Of a stretch of DNA of 64,000 nucleotides, positions 1 through 10,343 are shown piece by piece (positions within the stretch are counted from its first letter, which is position 1; each line of letters opens with the position of its first letter). The notes below the pieces were generated by a model. The model was not told where the DNA came from and searched no databases. It saw only the letters and a program-made list of their open reading frames with translations. Source of the stretch: Chloroflexota bacterium (GTDB lineage Bacteria; Chloroflexota; UBA11872; VXOZ01); the NCBI GenBank assembly GCA_964291655.2, contig OZ219802.1, forward strand, positions 640,001 to 704,000. Reading direction: 5' to 3'. Both the position numbers and the translations under genes were made by a program.

Positions 1-333
1 CGAGCGCAAGTTTAGACGGCGCGCTTCTTCCACCGCGCGCCATGCCCATTCGCTCGGCAAATAGCTCTCGTAGGTAATCTCGCCGGTATGGTCGCGGATA
101 ACGGCGCCGTTGCTCAGAATCATATAGAGAGAAATGTCCAGCAGTTTGGGAAGGAAATTCGCGATGATGTAACGCCTGCCGGTTGCTAACGCCACGTAAA
201 CGCCCTGCCCGGCCAAGCGCTGCAGCGTTGCTTTCGTGTCTGGCGTCACGCCGCCCTGCTTGTCGAGCAATGTACCATCCACGTCGAGGGCGATCAGACG
301 ATACGGGGTTGTGATTGGGTTGGGAGTCTTCAT
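1..333 (-). CDS. Cof-type HAD-IIB family hydrolase (partial, runs off window start)
   Basis: Manual translation from ATG at 333: MKTPNPITTPYRLIALDVDGTLLD...VALATGRR, HAD motif I (DxDGT) and motif II (ATGR); not in ORF track because truncated. Confidence 0.85.
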   Translation of the reverse strand, partial: MKTPNPITTPYRLIALDVDGTLLDKQGGVTPDTKATLQRLAGQGVYVALATGRRYIIANFLPKLLDISLYMILSNGAVIRDHTGEITYESYLPSEWAWRAVEEARRLNLRS

Positions 334-354
334 ATTGGCGTACATCATGCATCG

Positions 355-714
355 TCAATGCGGTAGAAATTCGTCAGCACCGGCGCCGGCTCCATCGTCA
401 TCATCGGGAATCTTTCCCGACTCCAAATCGCGCACCATGTCTTCATATTCCCCGGGCAGGTCTTCACCGGTCTCCTCACCCATCGCGCGCGCCAAACGTC
501 CCAGTGCACGCGGGTCGCTCTCATCAAAGCCATCCATGGATGCAGGATCGTCGAACGATACACCGCCCCCGTGCACGGCCACCCGCGAAATCAGGCGCTC
601 CAAGGACGTAGAAGCACAGTGGGGACACGCAGGATCCTCCACTTGCGAGAAACTGCGAAAGAAGTGTGTCGAAGGTTGCTTGCAGTCTTGGCATTGGTAT
701 TCATAGATTGGCAT
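355..714 (-). CDS. FmdB-family zinc-ribbon protein
   Basis: MPIYEYQCQDC...CPHC...RLIS signature with acidic C-terminal extension. Confidence 0.85.
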   Translation of the reverse strand: MPIYEYQCQDCKQPSTHFFRSFSQVEDPACPHCASTSLERLISRVAVHGGGVSFDDPASMDGFDESDPRALGRLARAMGEETGEDLPGEYEDMVRDLESGKIPDDDDGAGAGADEFLPH

Positions 715-909
715 ACGTCTTCCTTACTTTCACGAATACCATGGTCTGCCGTGCGGAAAGAGCCTGCAGGCGCCTTAAGAACCACTTTCGACACCTGCCC
801 TGTGTTCAATGAACGGGTGGACCGCTGCTTGGCCCACCCGTTCTTGGTTTCCATCGTATGGAGGCAACCTAACCTGAATACACGAGTTCTTCCATCCGGT
901 TCATCCGAA

Positions 910-1911
910 TTAGGAAGCGTCTCCACAAACCGTGTTCAGGATCAACCCCGTTACCAAATACGGATCCATATTGGCGTTCGGGCGACGGTCCTCGATATAG
1001 CCCTTCTGATCAACATCTACCTGCCAAGGAATGCGCACCGAGGCGCCTCTATCGGAAACCCCGTAGCGGAATTCCTTGTAGGAGCACGTTTCGTGCAGAC
1101 CGGTCAGACGCAATTCAATGCGATCGCCATAGTTGACAATATGCTCATCATGGTTGCGGCCCAGCGCTTCAGCGGCCGCAATGCATGCGTCATAGTTTTC
1201 CCGCATTTGCCGGGTGGAGAAGTTTGTGTGGGCGCCCGCGCCATTCCAGTCGCCGAGAACGGGCTTGGGATCCAACCGTGCGCTTACGTCGAATTTCTCA
1301 CCAATGCGGTAGAGCAGCCAGCGGGCGAGCCACACCTGGTCGGCAACCTCGGGCGCACCTACCGGGCCGATCTGAAACTCCCATTGCGCCGGCATCACTT
1401 CCGCATTGATTCCGGAAAAGTCGAACCCCGCTGCTAGGCACGCATCCATGTGTTCCTCAACGACCGGCCGCCCGAACACTTCGTCAGAGCCTACGCCGCA
1501 GTAATACCCTCCTTGAGGCGCCGGAAAACCGTTTTCGGGCCATCCCAGTGGCCTGACTCCGGCAAAGAAGGTGTATTCTTGCTCAATGCCGAACCACATG
1601 TCGAAGTCCGCGTACTTTTCAGCGGCTTTCGCGCAAGCAGCTCTGGTATTCGTAGGGTGCGGGGATAGGTCCGGCAACAGAACTTCACACATGACCAACC
1701 TACTGTTGCCGCCACGAATGGGATCGGGTGCCGAATACACCGGATTCAGGACACAGTCCGAGTCATCGCCGGTCGCTTGATTCGTGCTGGAACCGTCGAA
1801 ACCCCAAATTGGCGGCTCTTCACCTACGGGGACGACCTTCCCTTTTGAGCGCAGCTTGGCTGTTGGCTCCGACCCGTCCACCCAGATGTATTCTGCCTTA
1901 TAGAAACCCAT
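910..1911 (-). CDS. glnII: Glutamine synthetase type II (GSII)
   Basis: AEYIWVDG, WGFDGSST, FGIEQEY, INAEVMPAQWEFQIGP, DWNGAGAHTNFST, RLTGLHET, YIEDRRP; ~333 aa length typical of GSII; start placed at ATG 1911. Confidence 0.93.
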   Translation of the reverse strand: MGFYKAEYIWVDGSEPTAKLRSKGKVVPVGEEPPIWGFDGSSTNQATGDDSDCVLNPVYSAPDPIRGGNSRLVMCEVLLPDLSPHPTNTRAACAKAAEKYADFDMWFGIEQEYTFFAGVRPLGWPENGFPAPQGGYYCGVGSDEVFGRPVVEEHMDACLAAGFDFSGINAEVMPAQWEFQIGPVGAPEVADQVWLARWLLYRIGEKFDVSARLDPKPVLGDWNGAGAHTNFSTRQMRENYDACIAAAEALGRNHDEHIVNYGDRIELRLTGLHETCSYKEFRYGVSDRGASVRIPWQVDVDQKGYIEDRRPNANMDPYLVTGLILNTVCGDAS

Positions 1912-2207
1912 CAAATCCTCCCATTGATACTCCAACCAAGCGGTGAGAATTCACCGCTATCCACAACACTGTGCTAGGAAACATAATACAAAACCTCCAA
2001 GATTTTCGCCAATGGCTCCATTCTTGCCAAACTCTTGGCGAAGCACACGAGAATTCTACGCGAATAGAGGGCTCGCCATGGCCATGCGCAAACTCGTTTA
2101 CGCTGCACACCCACTATGGTATGGTATCTACGTAATTCAACCGAATACACTGGTTTGTAGTACCTCAGGTGCCTTGTCAGACCATTTATCTGGAGGAGAC
2201 ACGACGC

Positions 2208-3095
2208 GTGAGAAGATTTGACTATGCTGCACCAACCGAAGTCTTTGAGGCCTGTGCATTGCTGGCCGACCGCGGCGACGATGCGCGTGCTTTGGCAGGC
2301 GGCACAGACCTCATTGTGCAGATGAGGGAGCGCGACCGCAGGGTTCCCCTCGTCGTTAGCTTACGCAATCTTGATGGTTTTAAGGGAATAGCCCAGAATG
2401 CGGACGGTTCACTCACAATCGGCGCGATGGCTACCGGTGATGAGGTGAACCACAGTCCACTCGTGCAAAGCCAAGCCCTCTTTATCAGTGAGGGTGCGGA
2501 GTTGCTCGGTTCAATTCAGATTCGCAACCGCGGCACGCTAGGCGGCAATGTTGGCAATGCGGCGCCAAGCGCCGACGCCGCGCCGCCTCTGGTCGCCGCC
2601 CATGCCACTGCCTGCATTGTGGGTACCAAAGGCACGCGCGACGTTTTGGTTGGTGATCTCATGACCGGCCCGGGGCAGCTTGCGCTGGAACCCGGTGAAT
2701 TAATTCAGTCATTCAATGTTCCCGCCCCGCAGGTGCACACTGGTTCGCGCTACGTGCGTCACGTTCCGAGGCGAGAGATGGATATTGCCGTTGTAGGCAT
2801 TGCGGCACTTGTAACCTTGGAAGAAGACTTGGAGACTATCAAAGATGCCAGCGTGGTGCTTTCCGCCGTAGCGCCCACGTGGCCCCATGCGATTACTGCG
2901 GAGGAAGTTCTGCGCGGCCAACCGGTTTCAGAGCGACTGCTCGCCCATGCCGGTGAAGCCGCGGCAAATGACTCCCAGCCGATATCTGACGTGCGGGCTT
3001 CAGCAGCGTACCGGCGCATGATGGTAGACGTTTACACCAGGCGTGCCCTTACCTCGGCTATTGAGCGTGCCAGGGCGGCGAGTAAATCACATTAG
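2208..3095 (+). CDS. Xanthine dehydrogenase/CoxM-family FAD-binding subunit
   Basis: ALAGGTDL, QIRNRGTLGGN, PISDVRASAAYR; GTG start after GGAGGAG. Confidence 0.9.
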   Translation: MRRFDYAAPTEVFEACALLADRGDDARALAGGTDLIVQMRERDRRVPLVVSLRNLDGFKGIAQNADGSLTIGAMATGDEVNHSPLVQSQALFISEGAELLGSIQIRNRGTLGGNVGNAAPSADAAPPLVAAHATACIVGTKGTRDVLVGDLMTGPGQLALEPGELIQSFNVPAPQVHTGSRYVRHVPRREMDIAVVGIAALVTLEEDLETIKDASVVLSAVAPTWPHAITAEEVLRGQPVSERLLAHAGEAAANDSQPISDVRASAAYRRMMVDVYTRRALTSAIERARAASKSH

Positions 3096-3130
3096 TCAGC
3101 AAGAAATGTACTTTGGAGGCAGCACAAGCG

Positions 3131-3655
3131 ATGGACTATCCGTTGCAACTGACGGTAAACGGCATACCGGTGAAGCGCGTCGTGGAGCCCCAGGTTCGGC
3201 TTCTCGACTTTCTGCGCGAGGACCTGGGCCTCACAGGCACTAAAGAGGGGTGTGGCACCGGCGACTGCGGTGCCTGCACCGTGTTGATAGATGACCAGCC
3301 CCAACACTCCTGCCTCACCCTTACCGTTGAAGCCGAGGGCGCCGAGGTGACGACCGTCGAGGGAATGGCGAGCGGTGATATGCTCAATGAAGTCCAGTCC
3401 GCCTTTGTCTCGGCCGGCGCGACCCAGTGCGGCATCTGCACTCCCGGGTTCGTCGTCATGGCTACCGCCTATTTGCGCGACAATCCCAACCCAACCGACG
3501 ATGAGTTGCGCATGGGTGTCGCGGGCAATCTCTGCCGCTGCACCGGCTACGAAACCATCATGACGGCATTGCATTCCGTGATTGACGGCAAGGTGGAATT
3601 GATCGAGGTGGCTCCGGAGCCTCAGGAACTTGTGCCGGAGCCCGAAGGGGAATAA
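3131..3655 (+). CDS. CoxS-family (2Fe-2S)-binding subunit
   Basis: GTKEGCGTGDCGACTV, QCGICTPG, GNLCRCTGY. Confidence 0.92.
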   Translation: MDYPLQLTVNGIPVKRVVEPQVRLLDFLREDLGLTGTKEGCGTGDCGACTVLIDDQPQHSCLTLTVEAEGAEVTTVEGMASGDMLNEVQSAFVSAGATQCGICTPGFVVMATAYLRDNPNPTDDELRMGVAGNLCRCTGYETIMTALHSVIDGKVELIEVAPEPQELVPEPEGE

Positions 3656-3722
3656 GAGCGGCCCAAAGCGGCCAAACACCTTCCACACTCTGTATACAGA
3701 AAATTCGCGAGGAGGAGAGATC

Positions 3723-6056
3723 ATGGCAAAAGTGGTCGAACGTCCACAAGAGAAAACCGCATTGCGTGTTGCCAACAAACCGGTCATTCGCATCGACGGT
3801 ATCGAGAATGTTACGGGGGCCACGAAATTTGGCGCGGATTTCTCGATGCCCGGCATGTTGTGGGGTGCGATTTTGCGCAGCCCCCACGCTCACGCCCGCA
3901 TTAGGCACATCGACTATGCCAAGGCGCTGGACGCGCCCGGCGTTGTAACTGTTGCTACCGCTGCCGACTTTGACGAAGACGTGGTGGAACCGACCTCACG
4001 GCCGCATAATGTGTTTGCCGGTGAAGTTGCACTCTACCTCGGAGAGGCCGTAGCTGCCGTGGCCGCCGTCACGCAAGAGGACGCCGAAGCAGCGCTGAAA
4101 CTCATCGAGGTTGACTACGAACCCTTGCCCCATGTCCTCGACCCACTGAAAGCCATGGAACCCGATTCGCCTGTCATTCGCCACGGCGAAGGCGGCGAGG
4201 TTGATCGCACCGAGATGTCGTTTCACTCTTCCGTTGCCTCATCCGCCGAGGACCTGGATGAATCCGGAAATGTCTCTTCTCAGGTCCAGTTTGGGCGCGG
4301 AGATATTGAAGAAGGCTTCGCGCAAGCGGACGTAATAAAGGAAGGCCGCTTTACGGCGGCCATGGTACACCAGACCTATCTTGAGCCCCATGCCGCTCTG
4401 GCCGACTACTCGCCAGCCGGTGATCTCCGCATGTGGGTGACTTCTCAGGGCCAGTTCTATGTGCGGGATACGGTGGCGCGGCTGCTCAAACTGCCGGCCC
4501 ACAAAGTCATCGTCCAAGGCACCGCCATCGGCGGCGGCTTTGGCGGTAAGATGACGTTGCTCGCACCCATCCCCGCAATCCTTTCGAAGAAGGCCCGCCG
4601 GCCCGTCAAGGTCGTGTGGAGCAGAAGCGAAGAACTGGTGGCGGCCAACCCAGCGCCGGGTTCTGTCATCGACGTGAAGGTTGGCGCAAAACAAGACGGC
4701 ACACTTACGGCATTGCAAGGGCGCGTTGTCATGGATACCGGTGCCTATCCTGGCTCGCCCATGTCGACGGCTACGATGCTCTTGGGAAGCTGCTACGAGA
4801 TTCCCAACATGGAACTCGAAGGCTTCGAGGTGCTTACAAATAAGGTAAGCGTGGGCGCATACCGCGCGCCGGGCGCACCGAATTCCGCGCATGCCGTGGA
4901 GAATGTGATGAATTGGGTGGCGCAGGAAATCGGCATGGACCCGGTAGATTTCCGCCTCAAGAATGTGATTGAAGAAGGCGGCCGCTGGCCGAACGGACAA
5001 CCGCTGCCCGACGTCGGTGCGGTGGAAGTGCTGGAAGCCATGAAGGACCATGCGGTTTGGAGAACACCGCTGGAACAAGGGGCCAACGGCAAGCCGCGAG
5101 GTCGCGGTGCGGCTATCGGCTGCTGGTCCGGCGGCGCGGGCGGGTCCGCGGCAACGATGAAGCTTGAAGCGGACGGCTCGCTCAGCGTTCTCGTGGGCAC
5201 AATCAACCTCACCGGCAATACAACGTCTATCGCGCAAGTTGCCGCGGAGGAATTGCGCGTGCCTATGGAATACGTGAGCGTAACCCAGGGCGATACAAAT
5301 GAGGCGCCGTTTGGCCCTGTGGCTGGTGGCAGTCAGGTCACGTACACCATGAGCCTCTCGACTGCTGCTGCCGCCCACGACGTGCTCCGTCAGATGAAGG
5401 CTGTTGCGGCGCAGCGTCTGGGTGTGGATGCTGACGACATTGAATTTGACGAAGGCAAGATGTGGGCGCAGAGCGATCCTGACCGCTACGTCACCTATCG
5501 CCGCATTGCGGATGAGGCAGTTGGCTCAGCCAACGGTCCCATCATCGGCACCGGACACGGCAAGCCCGCGCGCGGCAACCCCGGCTTTGCCGGAACGATT
5601 GCCGATGTTGAGGTTGATACCGAGACCGGCCTCGTCACCATCCTCAATCTCGTAGGCGTGCAGGACGCCGGTTTCGCCATCAACCCGCTCTCGGTGAAGG
5701 GCCAAATCCAGGGCGGCACCATCCAGGGCGTCGGCTACGCCTTGCTGGAAGAGATTGTCTATGACGACGACGGCCGCGTGCGCAATCCCGGCCTCCTGGA
5801 CTACCGGCTCCCCACTGCGGCAGATGTGCCCGACGTGGACGCCGTCATCGTAGAAAAGCACAACCAATACGGCTGGAAAGGCACCCGCATCGTCGGTGAG
5901 CCGAGCATCGTCCCCCCGGGAGCAGCTATCACCAGCGCTATCAGCGATGCCCTCGGCATTCCCTTGCACAACATGCCAATGACACCGGAGCGCATCGTGA
6001 TGGCGCTGCGCGACGCCAAGGCGAACGGCAGGTCCAACGGTAACCCGCCTGCGTAG
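3723..6056 (+). CDS. Xanthine dehydrogenase/CoxL-like molybdopterin-binding subunit
   Basis: LRSPHAHARI, IGGGFGGK, AYRAPG, GQIQGG, GEP catalytic Glu motif; start after GGAGGAG. Confidence 0.92.
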   Translation: MAKVVERPQEKTALRVANKPVIRIDGIENVTGATKFGADFSMPGMLWGAILRSPHAHARIRHIDYAKALDAPGVVTVATAADFDEDVVEPTSRPHNVFAGEVALYLGEAVAAVAAVTQEDAEAALKLIEVDYEPLPHVLDPLKAMEPDSPVIRHGEGGEVDRTEMSFHSSVASSAEDLDESGNVSSQVQFGRGDIEEGFAQADVIKEGRFTAAMVHQTYLEPHAALADYSPAGDLRMWVTSQGQFYVRDTVARLLKLPAHKVIVQGTAIGGGFGGKMTLLAPIPAILSKKARRPVKVVWSRSEELVAANPAPGSVIDVKVGAKQDGTLTALQGRVVMDTGAYPGSPMSTATMLLGSCYEIPNMELEGFEVLTNKVSVGAYRAPGAPNSAHAVENVMNWVAQEIGMDPVDFRLKNVIEEGGRWPNGQPLPDVGAVEVLEAMKDHAVWRTPLEQGANGKPRGRGAAIGCWSGGAGGSAATMKLEADGSLSVLVGTINLTGNTTSIAQVAAEELRVPMEYVSVTQGDTNEAPFGPVAGGSQVTYTMSLSTAAAAHDVLRQMKAVAAQRLGVDADDIEFDEGKMWAQSDPDRYVTYRRIADEAVGSANGPIIGTGHGKPARGNPGFAGTIADVEVDTETGLVTILNLVGVQDAGFAINPLSVKGQIQGGTIQGVGYALLEEIVYDDDGRVRNPGLLDYRLPTAADVPDVDAVIVEKHNQYGWKGTRIVGEPSIVPPGAAITSAISDALGIPLHNMPMTPERIVMALRDAKANGRSNGNPPA

Positions 6057-6097
6057 TATCGAACTACCTGCAAGAGAAGAGAGCAGGGCCAGATGCG

Positions 6098-7201
6098 ATG
6101 GAGAATCTGCAAGCCGGCTTCGTAGGTCTCCACCGCGGCGGCGCGCTCTTGCGCGCCATGGCCGCGCATCCACGCGTTGACGTTGCAGCTCTTTGTGATC
6201 TAAAGGAAGAGACTCTCGCCACTCTGGCCGGAGACTTCAACCTGCCTGATAAGGCCCTCTACACGGCATTCGACGAATTCGTCAACGCTGCGCTGGATAT
6301 CGTCGTAATCGCCACGCCCATCGAGTTTCACGCGGCGCAGACTATCGCCGCCTTGGAGAGCGGCAAGCATGTGCTCTGTGAACAGACCGTAGCCTACACT
6401 TTGGACGAGTGTGAGGCAGTTATTGCCGCCCAAGAGCGCACCGGCAATGTCTACATGATGGTGGAGAATCACTGCTATTTTCATTACATCCGCGAGTGGC
6501 GCAAGCTCATCGCGCGCGGGGACCTCGGCACACTCTTCTATGCGGAGGCGGATTATATTCACGAGATCGCGCACCTGCTGCGTGACCCGGACACCGGCAC
6601 GCCCAAGTGGCGGCTGACGCGCCCGCCGATTTGGTATTGCGCGCACCCGCTCGGGCCGTTACTCACGCTCATGGACGACTGCATCGTGAAGGCGACCGGC
6701 GCGTCCGCCGGCAGAAACATAAATCCCGCTGAAGAGGGCTTGGGTTTCCTGGATATGGAAGTTGGGCTCTTTCACACCGAGAAGGGCAGCGTCATCAAGA
6801 TTCAGCGTAGCCAGGTAGCGCTCCGGCGTCCGCAGTTGGCCTTTTCCTCGCTCTACGGCACCAAAGGGTTCATCGAGAACGGTCGCTACGTTGAAAACCG
6901 CGCTGCAACCGGACGGTATTCAACCGGACGGTACTTTAATGTGGATACGATGTCCAAACAGACCGGGGCGCAAGAGATTCACTGCCCGTTGGTGGATCCC
7001 AACGCACCGCCGGAGGCTCTTCTTGGCGGCCATGGTACGTCTGAGTACTTCCTGGTGCAGGACTTCATTGCCGCAATCGACAACAACACGAAGGCCCCCA
7101 TCGACGCCGTGCGCGCCGTGGAGTTCACAGCCCCCGGCATTGTCGCCCACGAGGCTGCCATGCAAGGCGGCGTCTGGCTCGACGTGCCGCAGTTCCGTTA
7201 G
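6098..7201 (+). CDS. Gfo/Idh/MocA-family oxidoreductase (paralog 1)
   Basis: N-terminal Rossmann GFVGL, VIATP..H, GKHVLCE. Confidence 0.88.
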   Translation: MENLQAGFVGLHRGGALLRAMAAHPRVDVAALCDLKEETLATLAGDFNLPDKALYTAFDEFVNAALDIVVIATPIEFHAAQTIAALESGKHVLCEQTVAYTLDECEAVIAAQERTGNVYMMVENHCYFHYIREWRKLIARGDLGTLFYAEADYIHEIAHLLRDPDTGTPKWRLTRPPIWYCAHPLGPLLTLMDDCIVKATGASAGRNINPAEEGLGFLDMEVGLFHTEKGSVIKIQRSQVALRRPQLAFSSLYGTKGFIENGRYVENRAATGRYSTGRYFNVDTMSKQTGAQEIHCPLVDPNAPPEALLGGHGTSEYFLVQDFIAAIDNNTKAPIDAVRAVEFTAPGIVAHEAAMQGGVWLDVPQFR

Positions 7202-7364
7202 CGAATTACTAGAACTCATCACACTAAGTACACTGCACTGTGCGGACCTGCCCCGTACTCGATACGGGGGTAAGTGAAAATCCTGTGAGATTCAAGGCCC
7301 TTCTTAGCGTGCTACAAAGGCACCGAAGGGATACCCAAGTGAAGTAGCCAAAAGGTAAGCCTTT

Positions 7365-8453
7365 ATGGAAAAGCTTAGAGTCGGCTTTGTTGGTCTGCGC
7401 CGCGGCGGGGGATTGGTGCGCGCGTTGGCCGCGCATCCCAGAGTGGAAGTAGCCGCCCTGTGCGATCTCAACGAAGACACGCTAACAACCATGGGCAAGG
7501 ACTTTAGCCTCCCCGAAAAGGCGCTGTTCACGGTTTTCGATGATTTCGTCAATGCCCCTCTGGATGTCATCGTCATAGCGACCCCCATCGAGTTCCACGC
7601 ATCCCAGTCCATAGCGGCCCTGGAAAACGGCAAGCACGTGCTTTGCGAGCAGACCGTGGCCTACACCTTGGACGAATGCGAGGCTGTCATTGCCGCTCAG
7701 GAACGCACCGGCAACGTCTATATGATGGCGGAGAATTACTGCTACTTTCACTACATCAAGGAGTGGCGCAATCTCGTTGCCAAGGGCACGCTCGGCACGC
7801 TCTTTTACGCGGAAGCGGAGTACGTCCACGAGATTGCCGACTTGCTGCGCGACCCGGCCACCGGCACGCCCAAGTGGCGGCTGCCCCGCGCGCCGATCTG
7901 GTATTGCGCGCACACGCTCGGCCCGGTGCTCACACTGATGGACGACCGCATCGTCAAAGCCACCGGCGCGTCCGCCGGCAGGAACATGCATCCGGAAGAA
8001 AAGGACTTGGGACACCTGGACATGGAAGTGGGGCTGTTCCAAACCGAAAAAGGCAACGTGGTCAAAATCCTGCGCAGCCAGGTGGCGCACCGGCACCCGC
8101 ACACGGTCTACTACACGCTGTACGGCACTAAAGGCTTCATCGAGAACGGTAGGCACATCGAGAACCGCGCTTCCACCGGACGCTACTTCAATGTAGACAC
8201 CATGTCCAAGCAGACAGGGGCGGAAGAGATCGACTGCCTTCTGGTGGATCCCCATGCCCCGCCGGAAGCCCTGCACGGCGGCCACGGCACGTCTGAATAC
8301 TTCATGGTGCAGGACTTCATTGCCGCCATCGACAACAACACAAAGGCCCCCATAGACGCCGTAAGAGCAGTGGAGTTCACCGCACCCGGCATCGTCGCCC
8401 ACGACGCCGCCATGCAGGAGGGCGTGTGGCTGGACGTACCGCAATTCCGATAA
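7365..8453 (+). CDS. Gfo/Idh/MocA-family oxidoreductase (paralog 2)
   Basis: Same motifs; closely similar over full length to 6098..7201. Confidence 0.88.
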   Translation: MEKLRVGFVGLRRGGGLVRALAAHPRVEVAALCDLNEDTLTTMGKDFSLPEKALFTVFDDFVNAPLDVIVIATPIEFHASQSIAALENGKHVLCEQTVAYTLDECEAVIAAQERTGNVYMMAENYCYFHYIKEWRNLVAKGTLGTLFYAEAEYVHEIADLLRDPATGTPKWRLPRAPIWYCAHTLGPVLTLMDDRIVKATGASAGRNMHPEEKDLGHLDMEVGLFQTEKGNVVKILRSQVAHRHPHTVYYTLYGTKGFIENGRHIENRASTGRYFNVDTMSKQTGAEEIDCLLVDPHAPPEALHGGHGTSEYFMVQDFIAAIDNNTKAPIDAVRAVEFTAPGIVAHDAAMQEGVWLDVPQFR

Positions 8454-8465
8454 AGCCTTCGTACC

Positions 8466-8648
8466 CTAGTAGTCCGACACGATTGTATTGATGGGTAGCG
8501 TAGGTTTGCAACCTGCGCCACCTTACCGTAGCGTGGAGTGAGCACATCAAACCATGGGGCAGGGCACAAGTTATAGACCTGTGCTAACGGAACTCTTACC
8601 CATCTACCGGCGCTCCTACCCATCAATGAAAGAGTGTCGAACCACTAG
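8466..8648. mobile_element. MITE-like element, ~33-bp imperfect TIRs starting CTAG
   Basis: Left CTAGTAGTCCGACACGATTGTATTGATGGGTAG; revcomp of right end CTAGTGGTTCGACACTCTTTCATTGATGGGTAG; related copy at 16309..16419. Confidence 0.7.
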
Positions 8649-8869
8649 ATACTTCACATGTGCGATATGCTCCAGACGTTTCCTCCCGGTAGCGCAGGCT
8701 TGCAACCTCGTATCACGTACGGGGCAGGCTCTGCGTTCGGTTACGTCCAGTGTTGTTATTTGAGTTTCCAGTTTCCACAGTTGTATCACCTAACTCTCTA
8801 AGATAGTTCCCTGGCTTTTATGGGAAACGTACCTGGTGCGTAGTTGGCAATTGAATTGAGGTGTGAAAC

Positions 8870-10285
8870 ATGACGTACGTGCATCGCCCAAACATCTTGC
8901 ACATCATGGTCGATCAGATGCGGTTTGACGTGGTGGGCATAAACGGGAGTCCAATTTGCCGCACGCCAACGCTGGATCAGCTCGCCCAAGACGGCATCAA
9001 CTATGCCGAGGCCTACACGCCGGCAGGCATCTGCTCGCCGGCCCGCGCATCTATGGTCACAGGGCGCTATTCCCACAGTCACGGCATCTACAACAACTGC
9101 CACCAGGAAGACTCCATCCTCGTGGAGTTGCCGGCGGAGGAAGTAACCTACAGCGAACTCTTGAACGGGGCCGGCTACCGCCTGGGGCACGTGGGCAAAT
9201 GGCACATCGGCCGTGAAAACGGGCCGAAGACCCGCGGCTTTCATGACGTTGGCGCGCAAGGCATCGCCGACTACCGGCGGGACTTGGGGTTGCCCGTCAA
9301 ACCAGCACCGCCGCCGGACGCTGTCTACGCCAGTTATCCCAACGAGCAATTCCTCATCTCCGGCACGGAACAGCTTCCGGAAGAGGGGAATCTCATGTAT
9401 TTCTTCGCCGAAGAGGGCATGCGCCTGCTCCGCGAATACCAGGGACATCAGCCTTTCTACCTGCGCGTGGACTTCAACGGCCCACACCATCCCTACGTGG
9501 TGCCTGAGCCCTGGGCCTCGCTTTACGACCCGCAGGCAATCCCACGATGGCCGAACTTCCACGACACATTCGAGAATAAGCCGCAGGTCCACCGGAGGCA
9601 CAAATTTCATCGGGGCGTGCAGGACTTCACATGGGAGGACTGGCAACCCGCCGTCGCTAAGTACTTCGGCTACGTCAGCTTTCTCGATTCCCTCTTTGCC
9701 AAACTCTTGCAGACGCTCGACGACCTCGGCATTCGCGATGACACCCTCATCATCTTCAATACCGACCACGGCGACTTTACCGGCAGCCACGGACAATTCA
9801 ACAAAGGACCGTTGCTTTACCAGGAGGTCTATCACATTCCGCTGCTCATGCGCTGGCCCGCGCGCATTCCTGCCGGTGTCACCACCACAAAGTTCACCAG
9901 CCTCATCGATATCATGCCTACCATTCTGCAGGCCGCCGATCTCCCCGTGCCCGACAATCTGCACGGTGAAGCTCTGCAGCCGCTTTGGCACGACCCAACT
10001 CTCGACGCCTGGCGCGACATGTTGGGCTGCGAATTCCACGGCGACGAAGTCGGACTCTTCACCTCGCGCTTGATCCGCTATAGGCAGTTCAAGTTCGTGT
10101 ACAATCCGCACGCCATAGATGAGCTCTATGACTTGGAGCGCGATCCCTACGAGCTGGAGAATCTCTGCGACGACCCGGCGTACCTAGACATCCGCCACGA
10201 ACTCCTACGGCGTCTTAGGGTGTGGATGGTTGAGACCCAGGATCCCTGGTGGCGCTGGGCGGAGAAATGGCTGCCGCTTTCGTAG
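8870..10285 (+). CDS. Sulfatase (Cys-type, formylglycine-dependent)
   Basis: RPNILHIMVDQ, CSPARAS..TGRY, GKWH, PHHP, TDHGD, ELYDL..DPYE..NL. Confidence 0.92.
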   Translation: MTYVHRPNILHIMVDQMRFDVVGINGSPICRTPTLDQLAQDGINYAEAYTPAGICSPARASMVTGRYSHSHGIYNNCHQEDSILVELPAEEVTYSELLNGAGYRLGHVGKWHIGRENGPKTRGFHDVGAQGIADYRRDLGLPVKPAPPPDAVYASYPNEQFLISGTEQLPEEGNLMYFFAEEGMRLLREYQGHQPFYLRVDFNGPHHPYVVPEPWASLYDPQAIPRWPNFHDTFENKPQVHRRHKFHRGVQDFTWEDWQPAVAKYFGYVSFLDSLFAKLLQTLDDLGIRDDTLIIFNTDHGDFTGSHGQFNKGPLLYQEVYHIPLLMRWPARIPAGVTTTKFTSLIDIMPTILQAADLPVPDNLHGEALQPLWHDPTLDAWRDMLGCEFHGDEVGLFTSRLIRYRQFKFVYNPHAIDELYDLERDPYELENLCDDPAYLDIRHELLRRLRVWMVETQDPWWRWAEKWLPLS

Positions 10286-10343
10286 TATTCTGTAGCTACG
10301 CGCCCAAAGGACACGAGCCTGGCATTGGCTTCGAGACAAGAAC

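Noticed and set aside
2208-6056. Aerobic CO dehydrogenase
   Set aside because: Lacks the AYxCSFR Cu-binding loop and the cox accessory genes
7482-10111. Long antisense ORFs (e.g. 7482..8444, 8798..10111, also 57478..58635)
   Set aside because: Shadow frames opposite well-supported genes in high-GC DNA, with no recognisable motifs
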